NCBI RefSeq assembly: GCF_009834535.1
Contig: NC_045717.1
Coordinates: 20,212,001 to 20,276,000, forward strand
Source of the DNA: Camelus ferus
Taxonomy: Eukaryota
Reading direction: 5' to 3'
Length of the DNA: 64,000 bases
A program made the position numbers and the translations under genes. The notes under the pieces are model-generated. The model had not been told where the DNA came from. It saw nothing but the letters and a program-made list of their open reading frames with translations, and searched no databases. Below are positions 11,601-25,560 of the stretch, piece by piece (the first letter of the stretch is position 1; every line of letters begins with the position of its first letter).

Positions 11601-14489
11601 AATATTTCCTCCCTGGGATGACCTAGTTAGACATTAGAAAGGATAATGACATTATTCTGTAAACTTTGTTTTTCTTCCTCAAGTATGTATTTCTGCTTTT
11701 TATTTTTCTGATTTTTCCATACCATCCAGGCCCTCCCATACTAAGTTGAAAAACAGCACTGATACCAGGCATCCTTCAATCATTGAGGAATAGTTCTAAA
11801 TTTTCCCTGTAATGATAGTTGCTGTGTATTTCTGTGGGTGGTTACTATGGAGTTTACAAAGGTCTTTTAAAATCCTATTTACTGGTTCATTTTATCAAGA
11901 ATCATTCATGTGCATTAGCAGTGACCTTGGACTAAAGGGAAAATTCTGCAATAAAGGAAAAGGGACAGCTGATAAAATAGGAATACGGACTAAAGCTCAG
12001 ATAACATTCTTGTTCTTGGGAAACACATACTGAACATTTTTAGGGGTAAAGAGACATAATATATGCAACTTACACTCAAATGATTCAGGAAAAAATAACA
12101 GAATGGGGAGTGGGAGACAGAATGAATAAGAATGAAAAAGTAGCAAAATGTTAAAAATTAGGGAATCTGGATAGAGGTATACTGGAGTCTTTTATATAGT
12201 CTATGATCTTTTTCTTTAAGTCTGAATTCATTTCAAATTTTTTTAAAAAGGAGCCAAGAACAGGTAAGACACTCCTAAAGAGGAACAATGGCATAGGGAA
12301 CAGATCTATTAGGCATTAAGAAACATAGTCAAGTTAGATTAACAAGGACCACTGGTACTTATGCAGAGAATTAGACCAACTAACCAAAGAAACAACATCA
12401 AGCCCTGAAACATACCCAAATAAATACAGAATTTTTTTCAACAGCTGATTTGGCACTGCTGATCAGCAGAGAAAGTTGAACTTCTAAACACATACCCCTA
12501 TGAAATTTTTATGTCCATTGGAGGAAAAATTAAATTAGACATAAATTGGTTCCATATACAAAAATCAATCTTAGATGGATGGAACCATAACCATAAAACC
12601 ATAACAATTTTGTAGGCAAGGTACTAGAACATATTTAAAACCTCAGAGTAAAAAAAAAAAAATCTCTAAAACATGATAAAGGAAAGAGCGAATAAATCTG
12701 GCTATGCTCTCTCCCCCTCTCCTCTGCAGAGGGGAAATGTCAAGTCAGACTTTCTCCAACAACTGTGTATTGGGTCTGTATTATTGTATTGGGTGTGTAT
12801 GGCTCTCCCTCAGATGTGCACCTTCTCAGAGAACCACCTGTGGGCATTATTTATCACTTTGTTTTGCTTTTATTTTTATTCATTTAGTCCTCCAATTTCC
12901 TTCATGTTCACTTATTGGATATCTTTTAACCTTCTGTGGTCTAAAGGTCAACTCACTTTGTTTCAAATAAACCAGTCTTTAATCAAAAACTGAAGAGCAG
13001 CCTAAATGGTAATCTCCACCATAGTATTCAAATGACAAAGGTAGAAAGTTCCACATTTCACTATCCATGAACCAAATCCACCATCATGATAACCCCAGAG
13101 ATGAGAAGCCGAAACCATATACATAAAGTCTATGTTGTCTGGCTTTAGGATCTGCTTTTTTTTGGAGAGTTTTTGCATGTAATAGGCAGCATTAAGTGTC
13201 TTTTGTTTACTAATGCTTTTTTGTTACCCTAAAGTCACATAGGGTCAGAGGTAAAACTCAGCTGTCTATTTCCTAGAGATTTTTACTTGATACCACAGTC
13301 CTCAAACTGGATACTTTGTGCTGAACAGGCCCACAAGTGTGTTAGTTTGGAATGTTTAAATTTTTTTCATTGCGATATCATTAATGTACAAATGTATGAG
13401 TCTTAAGTATTTAGTGAATAACTTTTGAAAATTGCATGTATGTGAACCGCATTATTCAGCACCCTCAACAAGACCCAGAACATACTCCTTTTCCTTGAAG
13501 GTCTTCTTTCCCACTTCAATCCATTCCCTCCACCTCCCCTTCAGCAAGCACTTGTCTGACTTCTAAGCTACTGGATACAATATTCTGTACACACACATAT
13601 ATATAGGTAGTTTATGCATCATTTTCTAATCTATATCATAACTGATTTTTCTCTGTATTTTAGAGAAGCAATATGGGAGAAAGGTGTTTAAATTTCACAC
13701 TGGAATTGTGAACTTTGAGTTTCTCTTTGTATTTCTGTAAAGTATTGTTTTATATATTTTGTAACAATATTACTAAGTAGATACACCTTTCAAAAAACCT
13801 CAATCTTTGAATTCTACCTATAAACACTTTTTGAATTACAGCTCATGCTGTCTCACAACAGGATGGATCTGCTTGCTTTTGGAGAGTCTTGCTTATCATG
13901 GACAGTGTTACTTGCTTTTTGGTTACCAGTATTCCCCTAGTATCTGACACAGAGTCTTGCACACTGAAGGCATTCAGTGATTCTAACAGACAACTGAGAT
14001 CCTTCTCAGGATTATTTTGCCTAGATATAGCAAGATAACTGGCTCTTAGGTTGCTTGATGTATTATACAGTCCTCCAGGGAATGTAATTAAATATGCATC
14101 AAGAGAGAAAGGAAAACAAAAACATAAATTTAAGGTACTCTGGTGCGATAGCTGCTATGACTACATCTTGATACCCAAACTCGGGACTTTCTGGGTATCA
14201 AAAGCCCCCTATTTTGTGCATCTTCTCAACATCCTTCTGAAAAACACACTTGCTATAATACAGTAAGATTTGAAAGTGAATGAGGATACACATAGAATTG
14301 GCTTAGTATCCAGTGAATATTGGCTATTACAGCTTAACCAAAGAAGTTTCACCCAAAGAACTGAATGCAGGAACTTGAAGACACATGCACAGCCATTCAT
14401 AGCTGCATTATTCATGCTGTGCCTATCTCAGAAGATCCTAAGATGCAAACTTAGGGTACCACACCCTATACTTCCTACGTTTTATCTTG

Positions 14490-16488
<1,999 letters not shown>

Positions 16489-16949
16489 CTGTGGAAGAAT
16501 GGATGAATGATGATTCAAAGACTTCTCTGTCTCAATTCTGTCCATCTCAAAACAGAAACATTACGATGATGGTGATGATTTTAACATTTCCATTACATTC
16601 ATACACTTCCTGCCCTGTTGATTTAAGTTGAATGATGGAATCCTGCTAGAATGATGTGCCATCTACTCTCATATTAAAAGATTCCTGTACATTTTCATGG
16701 AATTGTTTTAAAAACTCAATGTCTAGTTATATAAGTGGGAATGAGTCCTTGTGGGAATTTTGAAGCATGAGTTTCAACCTAAGTTTAGGGTATCCCCAAA
16801 TTCATACATTCAGAATATCTCACCAAAACCATTGTTCTCCTCTGGGTGAATGCCACTTAAGCCAAATATCTATCACTTGTGGTGATCTTTCTACTGAACA
16901 TCTCAATCTTTTCTGAATTGTAAAATAATAAATATCATTTCAAACTTAC

Positions 16950-17041
16950 CATTCTTCACATTTCTGTCCCATTGGGTGTTTCTCCCCCTAAAATATCCTG
17001 CTGAATTGAGGAGTCTTTGACTTTTTGATTCATTTCCCATT
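16950..17041 (-). CDS. KRAB gene coding exon 4 (linker) with in-frame TGA at 16956-16958
   Basis: ttag|AATGG...GAAATG TGA AGA ATG|gtaag, encoding EWEMNQKVKDSSIQQDILGGETPNGTEM*. It is 92 nt, versus 83 nt for the equivalent exon in ZNF177 and ZNF559. Confidence 0.75.
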
Positions 17042-17271
17042 CTAAAGTAAAAGAGAGTAACCAGTGTAAGAACTTGCAGGAAGTAGTATAGGTTAGAATA
17101 TTATCAGGGAAAGAAAGTAAACAAGTTCTGAATAGAGTATACAACAAAATGAAAGTTAAAAAAGAAACAACAGGAGACTAATGATCTTAGCTTTCTTAAC
17201 AAGTTTCCTCATTATAATCCCAAACACATGGAAGCTTTCATTGACCACAGAAGTTTTTCATAATTGCTCAC

Positions 17272-17352
17272 CTTGGAGGGCTCCTCTCTCCACTGTCCTA
17301 AACTCTCCTTGTTCCAACCAAGAGATCAGAGCCGGTTTGAACGACTTATAGC
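17272..17352 (-). CDS. KRAB-B exon (coding exon 3)
   Basis: atag|GCTAT...CAAG|gtgag, 81 nt, open: GYKSFKPALISWLEQGEFRTVERGALQ. Confidence 0.82.
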
Positions 17353-17624
17353 CTATTCACAAGGAAAGATATATTAACAGAAATAGGTCCTATAAATCAT
17401 GACAGACCATCCATGAATCAAATTCTATACTTCTAATGAATGTAGTAAAATTATTTTAAATGAGATAAACAGGCAAACATCCCCTCCTTCTGTGCCCCCA
17501 AAAGATTATGTCTGCTCCTGAAACCCAGTTCTGATGTATATATATGCATTTAAAAAGCATTAAGGCTTTTATGGAAAACAGAAATAAAGTGGGGAAAAAA
17601 AAAGATTTTCATTCTCATGGCAAA

Positions 17625-17810
17625 ACCACTACATCACTGGTTATCAAACTTTGGTGTCCATTAGAATTATTTCAAGTGTTTGTTAAAACACAGATGACAG
17701 GGACCCAATGCCAGAGTTTCATTCAGTAGGTCAAAGGTGGAGTCTGAGAATGCACATTTCTAAGAGAGTAACAGTGATACTGTTAGTCCTAAAGTCATAT
17801 TTTTACAAAA
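17625..17810. mobile_element. MER5A-like hAT MITE
   Basis: tggttatcaaactttgg...gagtttcattcagtaggtcaaaggtggagtctgagaat...catttcta. Confidence 0.7.
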
Positions 17811-17923
17811 ACCACCCAAATTAAAATCCATTCATAGAAACACAGTGTGTTAATGCCCATTGTATTCCGATTTAACATCACCCATCCTGGAACAAAGAAG
17901 TACATTACACCTTGTCCTCTTCA

Positions 17924-18082
<159 letters not shown>

Positions 18083-18603
18083 CTAAGGCATTACACACAT
18101 GCTGGATTCAGTAAAGTAACACCTCCACCAATGTTCACTGGGAAATGAAGATGTAGCACCCCATGGCAACAGAGGGATTCAAGGACTCTTACCATCTCCC
18201 CCAGGACACACTGGTCCTCGGTTCTCCTCTAATTACACTCACTCATGATTGATATCCTTCATTTTATAGTGGAACCTGTAACACATGAACTCATCTGGCC
18301 CAACTAGCCTAAAATTTCTTTCTGTCTTTTTTCCTTCATTCAGGAACCCCTGAGAAAACTGCAGACACTTGTAAATGCTGATGAATGAATAAACTTTTTT
18401 GAGAAATGCACATTCTCATCTTCCTTGTCTGTCAGTGCACAGAGCAAAGTAAGAGTTGTGCAGTCTATCATGAGAATCATATGAGGGGGTAATAATTGAA
18501 ATACTGAGATTATGCAAGGTAATCTTGTCACCAATATGTGGACAAATGGTCCATCTGGTGGATGCAGTACACCACTTTGTAAAAGGATACACTTTCTTCT
18601 TAC

Positions 18604-18692
18604 CTGAGAACAATTTGTCAAACACTCAGTCACCATCCTTTCTCCCTCTATCTTTTCTTCAGGAAGGCAGAAAGGGTTCTTAGAAAGAACAC
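18604..18692 (-). CDS. First coding exon of the KRAB gene (ATG at 18636, MVTECLTNCSQ)
   Basis: ctag|GTGTT...CTCAG|gtaag, 89 nt. The upstream in-frame GVLSKNPFCLPEEKIEGER resembles the ZNF426/561/562 N-termini. Confidence 0.78.
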
Positions 18693-21600
18693 CTAGGAAA
18701 AAAGAAAAAAGGCATAAGCATACAGAGAGGACCATAATTCCCACATTCACTGCCCAGAAGTCATTCCATTCTTCCTTGAAATCCCCTAATATCCCTGAAA
18801 ATTCAAGAAATCTCAAGCAAATATACACTACTGCTGTGAAATGCCAGAGTAGCCCTGTCTCATGTGGAGCCAGAAAAGGGGTTGGGGAGCCATGCTGCCC
18901 ATCTGGAAAAGAGTAATGGCTTCATTTTACAGGTAAGGAAAATTAAGACCTGATAATGTGACTCTTCACTTGTCAAGGCAATAAAACACATAAATAAGAT
19001 TATACGGCAACTCTAGCAAATGCATATACCAGAAAGCTGACTTAGAGAACAGCGTCCTCTAGCCCACTTCAGCTCTTCCTAGATGAACCAGCAGCATGAC
19101 CACTCAGGCCCAGACCAAAGAACTCTATACTGTGAAGGCAGAAGCTAAAGTAGAGGTCCTGAAAAAGAGCATTAACAAGGACTTATTATGGTCCATGTCA
19201 TGGGCTGTCATGCTGCAAAGATGGTGAAATTTGCCTGAAAAATTCCTTTCCTTGATGCCAAGATAATGTTAGGACAGCTTATGAATATAAGTGGATATGG
19301 CCATCTCCATCCCCCTGGAGATTGGGTTATCTGGAGCCCTGCTTCATATCAATCATTAATCAACAATTATTGGTAATCAATCACACATCATAAATTAGCT
19401 CTTTCTGTGCAGGTAACATATGTGAAATCTACTAAAAGCGTATGTTTTATAACAAGAATATCAGTAACATCAATTGCTATTCACTGAGGACATGTACCAG
19501 ATACCTCATTAGGAGCTTATAGCTTACCTATATATTTGGAACAACTTGAACATTGAAACTCTTTTCGACTGTAAATTATGTATGATCTAAACAGAAATCA
19601 AGTATATAGGATAAAACTTTAGTGTCCAGTAAAGTCAGAACCCTTCAAGTGAAGAAAATAATGTAGAGTATCTCAATTTTTATACTGATTAAATGTTTAA
19701 GTAATATTTTAGCATATTTAGGGTAAAATAAAATATACTCATATATTTTTCATTTTTGCTTATTGTGGGTACTGAAAATATTTTCATTATATACATGATC
19801 TATATACATTATATTTGTATTGGAAAGCACTTACATTTTTGGAGAAACAGAATCTTTCATCATAATGACCTCTGTGTCTGTAGTAATGCTTCTTGGCAAT
19901 GCTGACATTAGGATCAGCTTTAGGGGGAGCTATTGCTTTTTTGTACATCATGGGTACCACTGTGTCTGTTTTGGATGCCAATGTCTCCAGTACAAGGAGT
20001 GGCACAGAGTCTGGCTCACTGAAGGCACCCAAGATTGGAGATCAACAGACAATGGAGATCCTTCATACCACTCCTCAAGCACACTGAAATTATAGCTAAA
20101 TAACCATTCATAACATAATATACATCTCAGTTTTCAGAAATGTATTTAATTACTCTACGAATGGAAGGGTGGGAGGAACACTGTCTTCTTCCGAGCACTC
20201 ACACCAGCCTTGGTTTATCTGCACACCTCTCACTGGTTTCCCATGGCCTCCTTGTACGGACACTTAGTGCTCTGGGTCTTGCGCTGGTAGCGGCACCCCA
20301 ATTCCCTTTCAAAATCTGCCCACCAGCCATGGGTCTTCTGCAACCTAGAGGGGTGCTTCCTCCTTCCCCAGTGACTCTTGACTAGTTCTGGCCCTGGCCA
20401 CCTAGCAAAATTCCTCACATCCAAAGGGCTGCCATGGCACCTTCTCCAACAAGGTCTGAAGTCCACTTTTGGGGAAAAGCAGCCCCTACATGCTTGGTCT
20501 TCCTAAATACTCTTCATAAACTCTAGAATCTGGAGATGGCAGTCTAGGTCATGGTTTTGTGATAGACTTTCTAATGGCAATTGGAAATGCTGGAGGTGTT
20601 TGCACTGTGTGAGGTAATGAAGGGCCAATATCATCTCCTTGCTGCAATCCTAGATGTTTGGTCTCTTAGCTACTATGAGACTGAAATGATGGCGATTCTA
20701 CATCAATTTCTACTAATTTAACCTATTATATAAATCTTTTTCCTAAATTAACAATAATTTTTTTAAAAAGTGTTAGAATTCTCTTTACACCTTTATATTA
20801 CACTTCTGTTTAAATCAAAGTGTGATTTACAGGTTCCCTTCATCTGAAATGTTCTCATTCACTCTATATCTCCTCGCCCTAGCTCAACAACCAGATTAGC
20901 TAAGTCATATTCATGCTTTCATTTACAACTTAAATATCAACACCTTCTAATACACCTTCTCCTTTCATATTATGCCATTATTATGTCCAGATAACAAACT
21001 TGCCAATAATCATTTCAAATGTCTTCCTAAATAAACTGTAAACCCCACAGTAGCAGTAGCACTATCTTTGCTTTTATCTCCATTGTGTCCCTGTTCCTGG
21101 CACAGCCTAGATCATTAAAGTAACTCAGTGATCACTGGTGGACTGTCAGAGACTTGCTAGTCCCCACAAAAATGGTAACTGCATAGATATACACAAAGTG
21201 AAGTTTAAAAAAACCCCACAAAATTAAATAGAAATCATAAAACACCTGTGCAGTGTTTTGATTTTTACAATATGAACTAAAATACTGTCCTTCTGAAATG
21301 TATTTCAGTATTCTCACTTAGGAAAAAAGTGGACTAGATATAGTTTTTGAAAACAAGTGCCTTGCACTAAAATTTGTTTCTATGTCTGTCCCAAGTAATT
21401 TTAATCCTATTTTAATGTTGATTCAGAAACTACCAAATGGCACAAAATTTATGAAAGGGATTTATATACTCAGAAAAATTAAATGTTTTTGCCCTTTGAC
21501 CTAGAAATTCAACCTTAAAATCTTACCCTGAAAATGCACTTCTACAGATATGAAACAACATATATAAATCATTGCTAGTAGTGCTAGAATCACAGATGCC

Positions 21601-21712
21601 AGAACAATTGATAGAAAAGTTGTTAGAAAAGAAGATATTCTGTGTCAAAATATCACCCCACATATCACTTTTTTATTCAAGAGGAAAAGTCTACCTTTAA
21701 AATACAGGGTTC

Positions 21713-21965
21713 GGGTAAAGGGGTTGGGAAGGGATAAATTTGGGAGTTTGAGATTTACAAATGTTAGCCACTATATATAAAAAACAGATTTTAAAAAGTT
21801 TCTTCTGTATAGCACAGGGAACTATGTTCAATATCTTGTAATAACCTTTAATTAAAAAATGAAAATGAATATATGTATATATATATGCATAACTGGGACA
21901 CTGTGATGTACATCAGAAATTGACACACTATAATTGACTGTATTGAAGTTAAAAAATAAAAATAA
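21713..21965 (+). mobile_element. 5'-truncated L1 3'UTR insertion
   Basis: gggtaaaggggttgggaagggataaatt...ctgtatagcacagggaactat...A-tail; flanked by (aaaa)tacagggttc. Confidence 0.85.
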
Positions 21966-21983
21966 AATAAACTACAGGGTTCT

Positions 21984-22093
21984 ATGGTGGGGGTGAGTAC
22001 AGCTCAGTGGCAGTGTGCATGCTTAGTATGCACAAAATCCTGGGTTCAGTCCCTAGGACCTCTATTAATAAATTAATTTAAAAATAATAAAAT
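21984..22093 (+). mobile_element. tRNA-Ala-derived SINE
   Basis: agctcagtggcagtgtgcatgcttagtatgcacaaaatcctgggttcagtccc plus A-tail; TSD tacagggttct. Confidence 0.85.
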
Positions 22094-22309
22094 AAAATAC
22101 AGGGTTCTGGTGATCATTACCTAATCAAATATAGCATCACTGACAGAAAGATGATATAAATCTAGGTCTTCCTGATGAAATACAACTTAAAACATTCAAC
22201 ATCACCTACAGTGTATTTTGTAAATGATCTTTTGAAGCCTGTAGACCAAAAGTTGGCAAACCATAACTCACAGTCCTGTTTTTGTGAATAAAGTTTTTGC
22301 AAATCATTT

Positions 22310-23300
22310 ATCTGTTAAGGTGTTTATATCTAAAGAAAATGAAGAACTCATACAACTCAACAGAAAAAAAATCAAATTTAAAAATGGACAGAAGATCTGA
22401 ATAGACTTTTTTTTTCCAGAGAAGACATACAGATGGCCAACAGGTAATTAAAAAGGTGCTCANNNNNNNNNNNNNNNNNNNNNNNNNNNNNNNNNNNNNN
22501 NNNNNNNNNNNNNNNNNNNNNNNNNNNNNNNNNNNNNNNNNNNNNNNNNNNNNNNNNNNNNNNNNNNNNNNNNNNNNNNNNNNNNNNNNNNNNNNNNNNN
22601 NNNNNNNNNTGAAATTTGGTGCAGCCGCTATGGGAAACAATATGGAGGTTCCTCAAAAATTAAAAATAGAACCACTACATCACGCAGCAATTCCACTTCC
22701 GGGCATTCGTATGAAGAAAACAAAAATACCAACTCAAAAGATATATATACTCCTATGTTCACTGCAGTGTTATTTACAACAGCTAAGACATGAAAGCAAC
22801 TGAAATGTCCATTTATGAATTAAAAAAACATACACACACACAACACACACGCGTGCATATACATACACACCCAATACATACACACAATGGGATATTATTC
22901 AGCCACTGAAAAAAAGAAGGAAATCTTGCCATTTCCAAGAACATGGATGGACCGTGAGGTCATTATGCTAAATGAAGTTAAGTCAGACAAAGACAAATAT
23001 CATACGATCTCACTTATATATAGAACTTTAAAAAAGAAAACAAACAAACAAAAAACCCCTAGAAGGTATGGATATAGCAAACAGATTAACAGTTGCTGGA
23101 TGAGGGTGAAGGGAGATGGGACAGATGGATAAAAGTGGTCAAAAGGTACAGATTTCCAGTTACAAAATTAAGTCCTCAGTATGGGTTTTGATGAATGTTA
23201 ATTAGGCTTATTGTGGTGATCATTTCGGAATATATACTCAAACACTGAATCATTAGGCTGTACACCTGAAACTAATATATGTCAAATATACCTCAATTTA
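22310..23300 (+). mobile_element. L1 ORF2 C-terminus and 3'UTR, with N-run 22463-22609
   Basis: ORF track shows L1 ORF2-like AAMGNNMEVPQKLKIE and EILPFPRTWMDREVIMLNEVK. Confidence 0.88.
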
Positions 23301-23439
23301 AAAAGAAATTCCAAAATGTGTGACTTTCTAAAACATCTTACTTTTCAAAAAATCATTATAGAGAAGAAATAATAGTCAATGTTCTAGGTTAAAGGAGACT
23401 AAAAGACACACAAAATTGCCATCTTAAAACCCTAACTGC

Positions 23440-24048
23440 TCTCTCTTGTTGCGCCTGCTCCCAGTTGCGCTCACTTTCTGTCCTGCCACGCCCTGCTCTC
23501 AAGAGACACACGTCATCTCCTCCAGCAAGCGGCCCCTGCCGCGGGGGAGGGCGGCACACGGCTCCGCTCTGCCCCGCTCTCGGAGCACGCCACCATCCCA
23601 AGGGGTCCGCGCGCGCCGCGGGCTATGACCTGTACAGTGCCTACGCTTACACAGCATCACCCATGGAGAAGGCCCTTGTGAAAACCGACATTTCAGATAG
23701 CTCTTCCTTCTGGGTACTACGGGAGAGTAGCTCCACGTTCAGGCTTGGCTGCAAAACACTTCACAGATGTAGGAGCTGGTGTCACAGATGAAGATTATAC
23801 AGGAAATGTTGGTGTTGTACTATTTAATTTTGGCAAAGAAAAGTTTGAAGTCAAAAAGGGTGATCGAATTGCACAGCTCATTTGTGAACAGATTTTCCAC
23901 CCAGAAATAGAGGAAGTTCAAGTGTTAGATGACACTGAAAGGGGCTCAGGAGGTTTTGGTTCCACTGGAAAGAACTAAAATTTATGCCAAGAACAAAAAA
24001 TGATAAAATGTACTTTTTCTTTCAAAATAAAAACTTTACTTAAAAAAA
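23440..24048 (+). pseudogene. DUT: DUT (nuclear dUTPase isoform) processed pseudogene
   Basis: Pieces read PCSQET..SKR, GSARAAGYDLYSAY, and [55 protein letters not shown] (stop 23976-23978). Start codon is ACG (23488) and there are three frameshifts. AATAAA at 24026-24031; 14-bp TSD aaaaccctaactgc at 23426-23439 and 24045-24058. Confidence 0.96.
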
Positions 24049-24944
24049 CCCTAACTGCATCCCAAAACACCCAGAAGTATATTCTGGAACAATGTGGAGG
24101 ATTTTAGTTTTTACAGAGCAGGCAGAGGGTGACATTATTATTTTAAATTTTCTTGGGGGAAACAAAAGTATTGTGGTTTAATTAGCACAATGTCCTTATC
24201 TTTAGATGTATTACCAAGTATTTAAAGGTACATGCCTGCAATTTATTTTCAACTTACCCTCTCACACAGTTCACCAAAAAATGTATTTATTTCTCTAGAG
24301 AGAGAGCAAACTTGCAAAATGCTAAAAATGGGTGAATCTACTTCAACGGATATTAACTGTACTGAACGTTCACATTTCATTTAGGTTTACGATTTTTCAA
24401 AGGAAAAACGTGGGAAAAATATACTTAGTCCAAACATCCGTTAATGAGGTCAACTCTCCTAGAAATAGTACAAAAAAGCCTTCATTCTTTTTTCTTGGAA
24501 TACCTATGTTTTGAAATTCTGTGGGGATGTACAGGCTGAGGAAGTTCAGATGAACAGATAAGTGAGTATTCTTGTTTCTCTTTCGTATAAAGACTTATGG
24601 CCTATACAAACTTACACTTCTACACAGAAAAATGGCACCATAGACAGCTATGAAAGTGTATTTCTACCTGAATGTAACATGCCAAAAATAAAGAAAGAAC
24701 GCCAGATTTTCAGATGAAATCTTTTGTATACAAAAGGAAACAGCACAGGGAAATATATACAAGATCTTATGTTAGCTCACAGAGGAAAAAAATGTGACAA
24801 TGACTATATATATGTTCATGTACAATTGAAAAATTGGGCTCTACACTGGAATTTGACACAACATTGTAAAATTATTACAAATCAATAAAAAAAAAGTTAA
24901 AAAAATAAAAAAGGAAACAGAATCAACTTTCCCCCAGTGCTCAC

Positions 24945-25560
24945 CGGAATGTTCCTGAATCTCCAGATCCGTGAGGCCGCGAGGACACTCCGGAGTCAAC
25001 CGACCTCAAATGCGTTAATACTTTGCCTCCCGAAGAAAAATCACGAAGGCTGCTTTTGAAGCGGGGAGTATAGAATGAAACCGCAAGGATCCCGCGGAAG
25101 CGCCCTTATGGCATTTTGCCAAGCGTCCCCTGGACCTGGCCGTGCCGAGGACCTAGGCCCGGGCAGAAGCGAGCGCCGCGAGCCAGCCTCTCTAAGCAGG
25201 CGCCTAACCTTTAACTCCTCCTTTCACCTCCTTCCCTCGCCTTCGCGCGGGCTTCACAAATGCTGGCTTGGGCCGGACCACGACCAACGCCAAACCGCCA
25301 GCAGCGTTAAGGCCCTAAGCAAAGAATGTCGCCACACCCACTTCCGGCCGGGAGCCGGAAGAGGCGGGGCTTCAGCGTTGGCCCCGTCCGTTGCTTTCGA
25401 CTACGTTAGGCACAGAAGTTCTAGTTTTCCCTGGCTTGGGTACCAGTCGGTCCCGAGTAGAGTAGGTGCGCGGGCTAGGTATTAAATGAGCCCCAGAAAT
25501 AAGGTTGAGGCCGCAATCAGTCCTTAGGCGGGGCTAGCAACCTATTCCCGAGGCGGAGTT
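24945..25560 (-). promoter_or_regulatory. CpG-island promoter and non-coding exon 1 of the ZNF426/561-like KRAB gene
   Basis: CpG-rich; inverted ETS pair cacttccgg..ccggaag plus GC box ggcgggg (about 25339-25370); donor CCG|gtgagc at 24945. Confidence 0.78.

Noticed and set aside
19860-20700. ORFs and LTR/ERV-like pieces in the ZNF intron
   Set aside because: Probably old ERVL/LTR debris; I could not assign a family or boundaries reliably.
23745-23978. 77-aa open C-terminal dUTPase ORF
   Set aside because: It lacks motifs 1-2, starts at TTG and sits in a frameshifted retrocopy, so it cannot form an active enzyme.
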